Part shown: positions 42,713-51,115 of the stretch, piece after piece
How the letters are laid out: the number at the start of each line of letters is the position of its first letter
Numbering within the stretch: the stretch's first letter is position 1
From: Nitrospirota bacterium
GTDB taxonomy: Bacteria; Nitrospirota; UBA9217
Length of the DNA stretch: 64,000 nucleotides
NCBI GenBank assembly: GCA_963740085.1
Contig: CAVUCU010000001.1
Location: 512,001-576,000 of the forward strand
Direction of reading: 5' to 3'
Notes under the pieces: generated by a model
The model's input: only the letters and a program-made list of their open reading frames with translations
The model's database searches: none
Told to the model about the DNA's origin: nothing
Program-made: the position numbers and the translations under genes

Positions 42713-45016
42713 CTAAATCACTTCCTGCCTTACCACTCTCGGCGTTATGAAAATGATCAATTCCGTCTTATTCTCAGTGTTTGTCTTAGACTTGAACAAC
42801 CATCCAATCAGAGGAAGATCCCCGAAAAACGGCACCTTCGTATAACTCACTCCGCGATCCAGGACAAGGATGCCGCCGATAACTGCGGTCTCTCCATCGG
42901 CGAGGAGTATCTCCGTCGTTGCCTCGTTTTTCCGTATTGACGGTTGTCCGGAAGCGCCCAGAAGAGAGGTGTCAGGAGCGTTTTTGGTCGCCTGAATTTT
43001 CATAAATATCTTATTATCTGGTGTCGCATGAGGAGTGACCACGAGGGAGAGCTTGGCGTCAATAAACTGTATTTGCGTTCCCGATGCTGACGTTGTCGAG
43101 AAGGGTATGGATAGACCCTGCTCGATCTTTGCTTCCTTGTTGTCCAGCGCGCTGACCCTCGGGGTTGAGATGATCTTGCCTTCGCCCGTTGATTCGAGCG
43201 CGGAAAGGATGAGATCAAGATTCAAGGATTTGCTGATAGAACCGAACGTTAAGCCAATAGCCCCGCCGCCCGTGCCCGCTCCGGCCGGCGCCGGCATGTT
43301 TACGAAGAAGTTGCCCGATCCTGAAGGCGTGGCCCCCATGGTCGGACCACCCGTAACGCCAACAGAATTCGGGAATGAAATGCCAATCGGATTGCCGTGC
43401 GCAGAGTCGAACTTTTGTGACCCACCCCATTGCACACCGAGGCTCCGGCTGAAATTCAAAGAGGCCTCAACAATCCTTGCTTCTATCATGATTTGAGCGA
43501 TCGGTTTATCCAGCAGCTTAATAAGAGATACCACCTCATCAACGTTCCGTGCGATGTCCTTGATGATAAGAGTATTGGTCCTGGTATCCGTAACGGTCTC
43601 ACCCCGCGGAGAGAGTGATTTTTTTATGGTGGGCTCGATTTCACCCGCCTTGGCATAATTCACCGGGATGATCCGCGTTATCAGGTCTTCAGCCTTCTTT
43701 TTCGCCTCCTTAGATCGCATTTCGTCTTCGGCTTCTTTGGTAAGCGCACCCACTGAGGCAATGCGAAGAATATTGTCCTCAAGAACGTATCCGAGGCCAT
43801 TCATCTTGAGAATAATATCCATAGCCTGATCCCAGGGGATGTTGACCATGCGGACGGTAACCCTGCCTTTTACCTCGGGCGAAAGGATGATATTCAAGTT
43901 GGCAACCTCGGCAAAAAGGCGCATGACATTGATCAGGTCCGCATCCTGAAGGTCAAGAGATATCTTCCTGCCGGTATATTTACTGCTACCGCCGACAAGC
44001 AGGGTGTTCTCCGATGTCCGCAATGTTTGTTTTCCGGTTTCTGCTCCGTTTTGCTGGGCCGGGGGCGGCGAAACAATCGCCGCAGCTTCTGGAGACGGGG
44101 GGGTCTCTTTTTCAACAGGTATTGATTTTTCCTGCTCCAGCGAAGCAGTACGCTCCTCAGGGAGCTTCTCTACAGGCTTCACTGCGGAAACCGGCCCCAT
44201 GGCAATGATCAACGTATTGTCTTCGGGAGTGATCGTATACTCGAGCGGATGTGTAAGATCCAAAACTACGCGGACCTTGTCCGCGTGCTGGGCGACACGG
44301 ACTCTTGCCAGCCCACCCTTTCGTACGGGGATGACGCTCGGTTTTACCCTGCTCTTTGCCCCGGGGATATCGACGACCAGTCTATTGTCTTTGAGCATAA
44401 ACACCTTCGGCAACATGGTTCCATCGCCGGTAATGACCACCTTAACACCCTCTTTACCTGCGGAAGCCTGGACAGAAGACACGACCGTTGCCGTGCCCTT
44501 CTCTTTCTCAGGTACTTGCTCTTGCTTGAGTGCCTCCGGCTGTGCTGCAGGTGCAACGGCCTCCGGCGGCGTCGCCTTTGCCTCCTCAACAGGCTTAGCC
44601 ACTTCTACCATAAGCTTACCGTCTGACGGGTATACCTTGGTGTCGACAGCTTGTGAAAGGGCGATCTCCAGGCGGGCAATCCTTCCCATCTGGCTGGGTG
44701 TGATATCAACAATGGCTCCGCTGTTCACCGTCATCTTTGTCGAAAAATTACTAATGTCGGCATCCGAAATATCAACTACCAACCTGAGGGGTTCGGTAAG
44801 TTGAAAGGACGTATATTGCAGTATAGGCCCTGTCCCCTCAATAACAATCTCGTTCTTCCCGTCCACTTCGCGGGGTTCAATTTTATTGAGAATCACCTGC
44901 GTCCCCTCTAGCTGCGCTGACGCCGGCGCCTTAGCACTGCACCCGATGAAGAGCACGGTTACGAGAGCGGTTAGGAAAATCAACCAAAATACCTTCGGCG
45001 GTTGTGCGTACTTCAT
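42713..45016 (-). CDS. pilQ: Type IV pilus secretin with AMIN domains
   Basis: YTGRKISLD, QIMIEARIVEA, KVPFFGDLPLIGWLF and ELIIFITP motifs; operon context. Confidence 0.95.
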   Translation of the reverse strand: MKYAQPPKVFWLIFLTALVTVLFIGCSAKAPASAQLEGTQVILNKIEPREVDGKNEIVIEGTGPILQYTSFQLTEPLRLVVDISDADISNFSTKMTVNSGAIVDITPSQMGRIARLEIALSQAVDTKVYPSDGKLMVEVAKPVEEAKATPPEAVAPAAQPEALKQEQVPEKEKGTATVVSSVQASAGKEGVKVVITGDGTMLPKVFMLKDNRLVVDIPGAKSRVKPSVIPVRKGGLARVRVAQHADKVRVVLDLTHPLEYTITPEDNTLIIAMGPVSAVKPVEKLPEERTASLEQEKSIPVEKETPPSPEAAAIVSPPPAQQNGAETGKQTLRTSENTLLVGGSSKYTGRKISLDLQDADLINVMRLFAEVANLNIILSPEVKGRVTVRMVNIPWDQAMDIILKMNGLGYVLEDNILRIASVGALTKEAEDEMRSKEAKKKAEDLITRIIPVNYAKAGEIEPTIKKSLSPRGETVTDTRTNTLIIKDIARNVDEVVSLIKLLDKPIAQIMIEARIVEASLNFSRSLGVQWGGSQKFDSAHGNPIGISFPNSVGVTGGPTMGATPSGSGNFFVNMPAPAGAGTGGGAIGLTFGSISKSLNLDLILSALESTGEGKIISTPRVSALDNKEAKIEQGLSIPFSTTSASGTQIQFIDAKLSLVVTPHATPDNKIFMKIQATKNAPDTSLLGASGQPSIRKNEATTEILLADGETAVIGGILVLDRGVSYTKVPFFGDLPLIGWLFKSKTNTENKTELIIFITPRVVRQEVI

Positions 45017-45567
45017 TGCATCCCCTCCTGTTTTTTCCGGAGCTCAATGACAATCTCTTTCCGATTCGTTTCGCCCGAAATGTTTTTGAATTTTTCTTCG
45101 ATTACCATGGTATGCTGCGTTATTTTTTTTACAATGCCTTTGTTTTGGCCTAAAATAGTTCCCACATGCACAAAATACCCCTTCCCGTCGGGGCCCTCAA
45201 GCATTGCATTATATCCAAAGCCGCCCCACACAATGCCGGACAGCTTAAAATCACTGATATTATACCGTTCTAACGGTGGGCGCTCTCCCATTAATGCTTT
45301 GCGGTCTTCCTTGACGATGAGCGGAGAGAAGGGATCCCGTTTTCCCGCTGACCTATAAGAATAAGCAGCCTGCGGCTTTTGCTCCATTACCGTGGTTGTT
45401 GCCTGAGTAATCACCTGCTGTTTCGGTTTTACAGAAACGGGAGCTTTCGCCTCAGGCGGTTTCCCCGAATCGGAACAGCCCATGATTCCCGCCCCGGCAA
45501 TCAGGAACAGAAGCAACGTGAAACCGGTGATCGCTGTTTTAACGTGATTTTTTCTCTGTCGCTGCAT
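45013..45567 (-). CDS. pilP: Type IV pilus lipoprotein PilP
   Basis: MGC lipobox; GKRDPF and PLERY motifs. Confidence 0.92.
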   Translation of the reverse strand: MQRQRKNHVKTAITGFTLLLFLIAGAGIMGCSDSGKPPEAKAPVSVKPKQQVITQATTTVMEQKPQAAYSYRSAGKRDPFSPLIVKEDRKALMGERPPLERYNISDFKLSGIVWGGFGYNAMLEGPDGKGYFVHVGTILGQNKGIVKKITQHTMVIEEKFKNISGETNRKEIVIELRKKQEGMQ

Positions 45568-46153
45568 TAACTTTTTTCTCCAGTGCCGAGAACGTCATTG
45601 CTATACAGCTAATGGTTATTTCAGGATTGCCATCATAGCTCATTTTCATACCACTCATTTTTATATTCAGGATATTCACAATACGCGTCAGCTTCCCGAT
45701 GCTTTCGAAAAGCAAAGCAGTATTATGATACCCTCCGGTCAGAGTGATGGCAATGGGAATTTCCTCGTACAGGCCGCTTGCATGCGTCTTGCGTCCGGAC
45801 GGCTTCCAGGATTTGAGGGTAAGTCCCGACTGATTCACCAGACTCTGTATTTGCCTAAGCAGGTCGGAGACCTCAGACTCAGGAGGGAGTTGTTCGGTAA
45901 GGATTACAAGCTTTCCCTGCAGTGACCTCACCTCTGCCCTGAGGTCGTCGAGCTTTTTTATCTTACTGTCATTCTCGCGTATTTTCTGCTGCAGTCCCGC
46001 AAGAGAGGTGTCAAGCTGCTTGATCTTGGTCTTCATGGGGATTTGATATTGGAAAATATAAGCAATCAAAAGTATAACGATAAAGACGCCAAAGCCGATC
46101 GCCCTCGTCTTGGTGGGAATTTTCTGTATTTTATCGATAAGAGATGCCATCAC
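45539..46153 (-). CDS. pilO: Type IV pilus assembly protein PilO
   Basis: QLPPESEVSDLL, YEEIPI and LTRIVNI motifs. Confidence 0.92.
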   Translation of the reverse strand: MMASLIDKIQKIPTKTRAIGFGVFIVILLIAYIFQYQIPMKTKIKQLDTSLAGLQQKIRENDSKIKKLDDLRAEVRSLQGKLVILTEQLPPESEVSDLLRQIQSLVNQSGLTLKSWKPSGRKTHASGLYEEIPIAITLTGGYHNTALLFESIGKLTRIVNILNIKMSGMKMSYDGNPEITISCIAMTFSALEKKVNAATEKKSR

Positions 46154-46698
46154 AACCCTTTATAGACAAACTGGAGTTTATATTTGTAAATATCGATTTT
46201 TTCCCTTGTTATCTGGCTTGTTTCAAGTAACGCGACATCCTTCAATAAGGGAGAGGCCTTCAAGTTATCAATAAACCGGACCACATCCTCGTTTGTGAAA
46301 GCTTCTCCCTCGATATTTACTCTGTCGGCGTTTTCTGAAAGCAATGAAATATTAACACCTGTTGGAAGTGCGGTACTTACGGCATCAAGAAGCTGTACCG
46401 GTCCCGCCTGGTTCTTTTTCAGTTTTTCGATAATTTCAATCTTCTCGAAGACCTTTTTTCGTTCTTCTTCGACATTGTTCACTTCTTTGAGCATATTGTC
46501 CTGGCTGGCAATCTGCTTTTGCGCGATCGCCTTTTCGTTCTCAAGCATCGCAATCCGATCATTTTGCGTCTTCCAATAATATCCCAAGGCCATCAGAAAC
46601 AGAACGAGGACCAGGACCGCAAGAATTACTTGCTGCTGGAGGTCGATGACCTTCTTCGGAGGCTTCTTTTTAGTAGGCAGAAGATTTATTTTGATCAT
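46150..46698 (-). CDS. pilN: Type IV pilus assembly protein PilN
   Basis: MIKINLLP N-terminus, TM helix and coiled coil. Confidence 0.93.
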   Translation of the reverse strand: MIKINLLPTKKKPPKKVIDLQQQVILAVLVLVLFLMALGYYWKTQNDRIAMLENEKAIAQKQIASQDNMLKEVNNVEEERKKVFEKIEIIEKLKKNQAGPVQLLDAVSTALPTGVNISLLSENADRVNIEGEAFTNEDVVRFIDNLKASPLLKDVALLETSQITREKIDIYKYKLQFVYKGL

Positions 46699-47747
46699 CT
46701 GTCGCCTGGCCTCCTAATCGCAAGCCCCACCGCCACCGCACACAGAGGGGACGACTCCGCTATCACCGTGGATTCAAAGCGCTTCGGGTCGATTTTGATC
46801 TTCTTAAACGGATCGACGACCTCTACCGGTATCTCAAGCCGTTCGGAAAGAACAGTGGTAAAATTCCCTATCCGTGCACACCCTCCGGAGACCAGCACCC
46901 GCGACACTTTGTCACTGCCGGTCGTGGAACGGAAAAATTCGAAGGACCGCTGAGTCTCTGCTACAATATCATCCGTTACCGAAGACATCACCCCGGCAAT
47001 CTGCTCCTTATCAGCGCCTTCCACCTCTTCGCCCCTCTTCACCTTTTCCGCGTCTTCATAGGTAAGACCGAAATCCCGCTGGAGCGCCTCGGTATAACGG
47101 TTGCCACCCACTGTAATATCTCGGGTAAAGATCGATATCCCGTCCTTCAGGATATTGATATTCATCACTGAGGCCCCGATATTGAGAAGGGCCGTTGTTC
47201 CTTCTTCAAAGTCATAGTTGAGCTCGTACATGTTCGCCAGCGCGAAAGCGTCGACGTCCATGACCACCGGCTCCAGTCCCGCCTCTTTGACAAGATTGAC
47301 ATAATCGTTTATCTTGTCCTTTTTTACAGCCACCAGCAGAACGTCTGCCTGCCCCGCGGCAGTGCCCGCTCCGAGCTTTTGAAAGTCGACATTCACGTCA
47401 TCAATGGAAAAGGGGATGTACTGCTCTGCCTCCCATTTGATGGATTCCGCCAACTCTTCATCGGTCATATCGGCAACGGAGACGCGCTTGATAATGACCG
47501 AACTGCCGGAGACCGAGATCACGACCTCCTTGGTCTTTATCTTCTGAGAGGCGAGAAGTTCCTTGATAGCCTCAACAACACGGCCGGCATCCATCACTGC
47601 GCCCTCCACAATCACCTCGGGCGGCAACGGTACCATGCCGAATTTTATCAACTGATAGTTCTTATTCGAACCCTTCAGCTGGACAAGTTTAATAAAGGTT
47701 GATCCTATGTCCAATGCTATCGGCTCAATTTTTTTGGAAAAAAGCAT
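46695..47747 (-). CDS. pilM: Type IV pilus assembly protein PilM
   Basis: LDIGS, EAEQYIPF, VLLVA and AVGLAIR motifs. Confidence 0.95.
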   Translation of the reverse strand: MLFSKKIEPIALDIGSTFIKLVQLKGSNKNYQLIKFGMVPLPPEVIVEGAVMDAGRVVEAIKELLASQKIKTKEVVISVSGSSVIIKRVSVADMTDEELAESIKWEAEQYIPFSIDDVNVDFQKLGAGTAAGQADVLLVAVKKDKINDYVNLVKEAGLEPVVMDVDAFALANMYELNYDFEEGTTALLNIGASVMNINILKDGISIFTRDITVGGNRYTEALQRDFGLTYEDAEKVKRGEEVEGADKEQIAGVMSSVTDDIVAETQRSFEFFRSTTGSDKVSRVLVSGGCARIGNFTTVLSERLEIPVEVVDPFKKIKIDPKRFESTVIAESSPLCAVAVGLAIRRPGDR

Positions 47748-47777
47748 TCGCTCTCCACAAACAGATGATGCGCCCTA

Positions 47778-47978
47778 TCAGCCGGCGCTCTTGCTCTTCA
47801 TGATCTTTTCGATAGCCCGCAGGTTCGTCTCGTTGTAAACCCTCCAGCCCCGCCAGTCACGACCTACACCTGACAGCAGTCCGTCGCTCTCCCATCGGAA
47901 AAGAGTGGCACGAGAAATATCGAACCTGCTGCAGATCTCGCTTGTCTTATACTTTTTCGAGCTTTTGCGTGCGGCCAT
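47778..47978 (-). CDS. Small MerR-type helix-turn-helix protein
   Basis: FDISRATLFRWESDGLL...RDWRGWRVY; GAGG SD before ATG 47978. Confidence 0.82.
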   Translation of the reverse strand: MAARKSSKKYKTSEICSRFDISRATLFRWESDGLLSGVGRDWRGWRVYNETNLRAIEKIMKSKSAG

Positions 47979-48030
47979 GGTATCCTCGCTGATTAGTTCA
48001 CTACGAATAGTTATATTAAGTATAGTTATG

Positions 48031-48058
48031 ATGATACTCAAAAAAACATGCTTGTCAA
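48031..48058 (-). promoter_or_regulatory. Putative promoter of the merR-pilMNOPQ operon
   Basis: TTGACA-16nt-TATCAT. Confidence 0.55.
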
Positions 48059-48160
48059 GTTTTATTTATACTTTTTTTTATGCTCACGACGAGGCACGAG
48101 ATATTGTATCGGGGATAAGGGGAGGATACAAGGTGTGGGACGCTCGGTGGCTAAGCTTTC

Positions 48161-48778
48161 TTACGCCACATAGAAAAAAATGGTTAAATAGTGGCACACG
48201 CTTCCAGCCAGTACAAAGATATGCCATATCCCGTGGCTGTAAGCAAGTTTTTTGTCAAGAGCGTAGAAGACAATCCCAACGGTATAGAACAGTCCTCCGG
48301 TAATCAGCCAGATCATGCCCGCAACCGGAAGTGCGAGGGAAAGCGGGCGAAAAGCCACCATCGCGACCCAGCCCATCAGCAGGTAAATTGCCACAGAGAG
48401 AATGCCCTTGCGTTTCGCAAACAGGAGGTCTTGAAGAATACCGATCACAGCAAGCGCCCAGACCACACCGAATAGGGACCAACCCCAAACGCCTCGCAGG
48501 GTAACAAGAGTAAACGGCGTATAGCTGCCGGCGATGAGCAGGTAAATTGCACTGTGGTCGAATTTTTGAAAAAGCTTCTTCGATGTTCCCCAAATACTGT
48601 GGTAAAGCGTCGATGAGGCATATAACACAACAAGCATTACGCCGAATATACTGACACTGACAATCTTCCAGGGGTCGCCGTCACGCGCTGCCCGAACAAC
48701 CAGCAAAATGAGGCCCGCAAGCGATAGCACGAATCCCACCATATGCGTGATACTATTCAGTCTCTCGCCGCGATGCAT
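48161..48778 (-). CDS. Hemolysin III / PAQR family membrane protein
   Basis: NSITH, SSTLYH, DHSAIYLLIAGSYTPF and HGIWHIFV motifs. Confidence 0.93.
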   Translation of the reverse strand: MHRGERLNSITHMVGFVLSLAGLILLVVRAARDGDPWKIVSVSIFGVMLVVLYASSTLYHSIWGTSKKLFQKFDHSAIYLLIAGSYTPFTLVTLRGVWGWSLFGVVWALAVIGILQDLLFAKRKGILSVAIYLLMGWVAMVAFRPLSLALPVAGMIWLITGGLFYTVGIVFYALDKKLAYSHGIWHIFVLAGSVCHYLTIFFYVA

Positions 48779-48939
48779 GGGTGATCCTCTTGTCCTGATT
48801 GAGCACTACTTTCACCGGCAGATAAACCGGGTTAGAGAACAAGTTCTCTTACGATGAGAGATAGAATGTGCCTTGTTCCGCCGTTTTGGCATATATTAAC
48901 CGCCGATACAGGTCGGCGGATTTCTCCTCTAATGAGGGA

Positions 48940-48968
48940 AAAAAAAGGAGAGGCACCAGGCCTCTCCT
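48940..48968 (-). terminator. Intrinsic terminator after cooS
   Basis: AGGAGAGGC-loop-GCCTCTCCT followed by a T run on the minus strand. Confidence 0.8.
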
Positions 48969-48992
48969 CAAAAAGCGTCCTGATTGTTAACC

Positions 48993-50972
48993 TTATACGT
49001 CCACACCGTGCGGTGTGGCGAAGGTACCGCGCCGTGCCGCCATATCCATAAGTATGCGCTCGGTGCCGAATCTGCCGGATTCATACTTGCGGATTTTGAG
49101 TTTCTCTCTGGCGGTATCGATGAGACTGAGCGCCAGTTCCAGCATCTTGCCCGGATCTTCTTCAAAATAGAAACCTGCAGTCACCATGTCCCACCACTTG
49201 TTTTCCATAATATCCGTGAGCGTCTTGCTTGCCTTGATCGGAGAACCCGCGCCAAAGATGATCGGCACGCCGGAAGCAACGAAGTAAGTCCCGATGGCGA
49301 TGGCCTTCTCGCTCATCCACTCAGGTCCGATGCCGACCGCCGGCAGGCCGCCGATGTCATCGCCAAGACCTCCCTCTTCTGCGATTTTCGACGCAATAGT
49401 CAAAATACGGGAGTTGTCCACACAGGAACCCAAATGCAGCACCGGGGGGATACCAATGGCCTCGCAAACCTCGCGAAGACCAAGGCCTGCATTCTCAAGC
49501 GCCATCTCCGGCGTCATGTAGCCTGCCTTTGCCGAGGCATGCGCCGAGCACCCCGTCTGAACAACGAGTACGTCATTCTTGATTAATTCGCGTGTGAGAA
49601 AATTATGGATACTGTCCTGGCAGATTCTCGGATTATTACATCCCGCAAGACCGACGATACCGCGGATGCGGCCGGCAATAATGGCGTCATTCAGAGGTCG
49701 ATAAGAGCCACGGTACAGTCCGCCCTGCATATACTCAATGTACTCGTCGGAGAACCCGGCTATCATGTCGGCTGATTTGACATTGGCCGGTGAAACGTCT
49801 TCCTTTTTTCGGTTCTGAAAGTTATCGATCGCGAGTCGGGCAACCTTTTTCGCGAGATCCAGTGCGTGATGCTCATCGTATTCAATATGAATGGCATCCT
49901 TCATTTTACCTTTGTTCGTCGTCGTGATGATCTTGGTATGGAACTTTTTTGAAAGTTCGCCGATAGCCGGCATGATACACTGTACATCCACGACCATAGC
50001 CTCAACCATGCCGGTCAGGAGACCAAGCTCCTGCTGAAGAAATCCGCCTGCAGTGGAGATGCCGTGGCGGATCAGGATCTCATTCGCTGTACAGCACATG
50101 CCCACAAGGTTCACGCCTTTGGCGCCCTTGGACTTGGCATAAGCCGAGATCTCGGGATCTTCAACGGCAACAACCAGCATCTCGGCAAACGACGGCTCGT
50201 GGCCGTGGACAACGAGATTCACATAGTCTTCCCTGAATACATTAAGACTCGCCTTGGCCTTGACCGGCCTGGGAGTGCCGAACAGGATGTCGGAGATATC
50301 AGTGCCCATCATTGAACCGCCCCAGCCGTCTGCGAGCGCTGTTCGCATGGCCCCGAGCATGATATTGTTCACTTCCTGATCAACTCCCATGGTAGTCCGG
50401 TGCATCATTTCCACGACTTCACGGTCAATAGCACGAGGAGCGATGCCGAGCTTTTTCCAGATTTCCTGCCTCTTCTTGGGAGCACGCGACAGATAGGCGA
50501 TTTCTCCACGCTGCTGGCCGAACTGATCCAGAAACTTGAGAGCAACCTTCTCGGCCACTTCGTTCACCGACTTGCCTTCCACGTTGATCCCGAGATAACC
50601 GGCAACACGGTTCAGTTTGCGCACGTCCTTGATCTGAAAATCCTTTGCCTCACCCCGCCCAACCGCCAGCAGGGTGTTTGCCAGGTCTCTCGCATGATCC
50701 GAATGCGCCGCAGTGCCTCCGGCCACCATGCGCGCAAAGTTTCTCGCCGTTACTACCGGCAGGGACGCCCCGCAAATACCCATGGCCTCATCTTCCTTGC
50801 CGACCAAACGACAAGGCCCCATATGACACATCTTGCAACAGGCGCCTTGATGTCCGATGGGGCACGGCTTAAGCTTTTCCGCACGCTCGAACGAGGTTTC
50901 TAATTTTTTCAATCCCGCGACCTTCAGCAGGACTTGGGCACCCGGGTCAACTGATTTCTGATCTTCTCTCAT
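48993..50972 (-). CDS. cooS: Anaerobic Ni,Fe carbon-monoxide dehydrogenase catalytic subunit
   Basis: D/B-cluster C-x7-CCxxCxxxxC..C; C-cluster ligands in GHEP, GMCC, DVQC, GCNN, TGC and GSCVD; AHSDH and SEKA catalytic motifs. Confidence 0.96.
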   Translation of the reverse strand: MREDQKSVDPGAQVLLKVAGLKKLETSFERAEKLKPCPIGHQGACCKMCHMGPCRLVGKEDEAMGICGASLPVVTARNFARMVAGGTAAHSDHARDLANTLLAVGRGEAKDFQIKDVRKLNRVAGYLGINVEGKSVNEVAEKVALKFLDQFGQQRGEIAYLSRAPKKRQEIWKKLGIAPRAIDREVVEMMHRTTMGVDQEVNNIMLGAMRTALADGWGGSMMGTDISDILFGTPRPVKAKASLNVFREDYVNLVVHGHEPSFAEMLVVAVEDPEISAYAKSKGAKGVNLVGMCCTANEILIRHGISTAGGFLQQELGLLTGMVEAMVVDVQCIMPAIGELSKKFHTKIITTTNKGKMKDAIHIEYDEHHALDLAKKVARLAIDNFQNRKKEDVSPANVKSADMIAGFSDEYIEYMQGGLYRGSYRPLNDAIIAGRIRGIVGLAGCNNPRICQDSIHNFLTRELIKNDVLVVQTGCSAHASAKAGYMTPEMALENAGLGLREVCEAIGIPPVLHLGSCVDNSRILTIASKIAEEGGLGDDIGGLPAVGIGPEWMSEKAIAIGTYFVASGVPIIFGAGSPIKASKTLTDIMENKWWDMVTAGFYFEEDPGKMLELALSLIDTAREKLKIRKYESGRFGTERILMDMAARRGTFATPHGVDV

Positions 50973-51115
50973 GATGTTTTAAAACTCCTTTCCTAAAGGA
51001 GACTAAGCATCCCCTGTTTAAGCCTGTGCATTATACAAAACACCGAATAATAAAACTATAACAAGTTGCAACCGTAACTTAATAGAGGCAGATCGTCCTA
51101 GGACCAAACCGCTGC

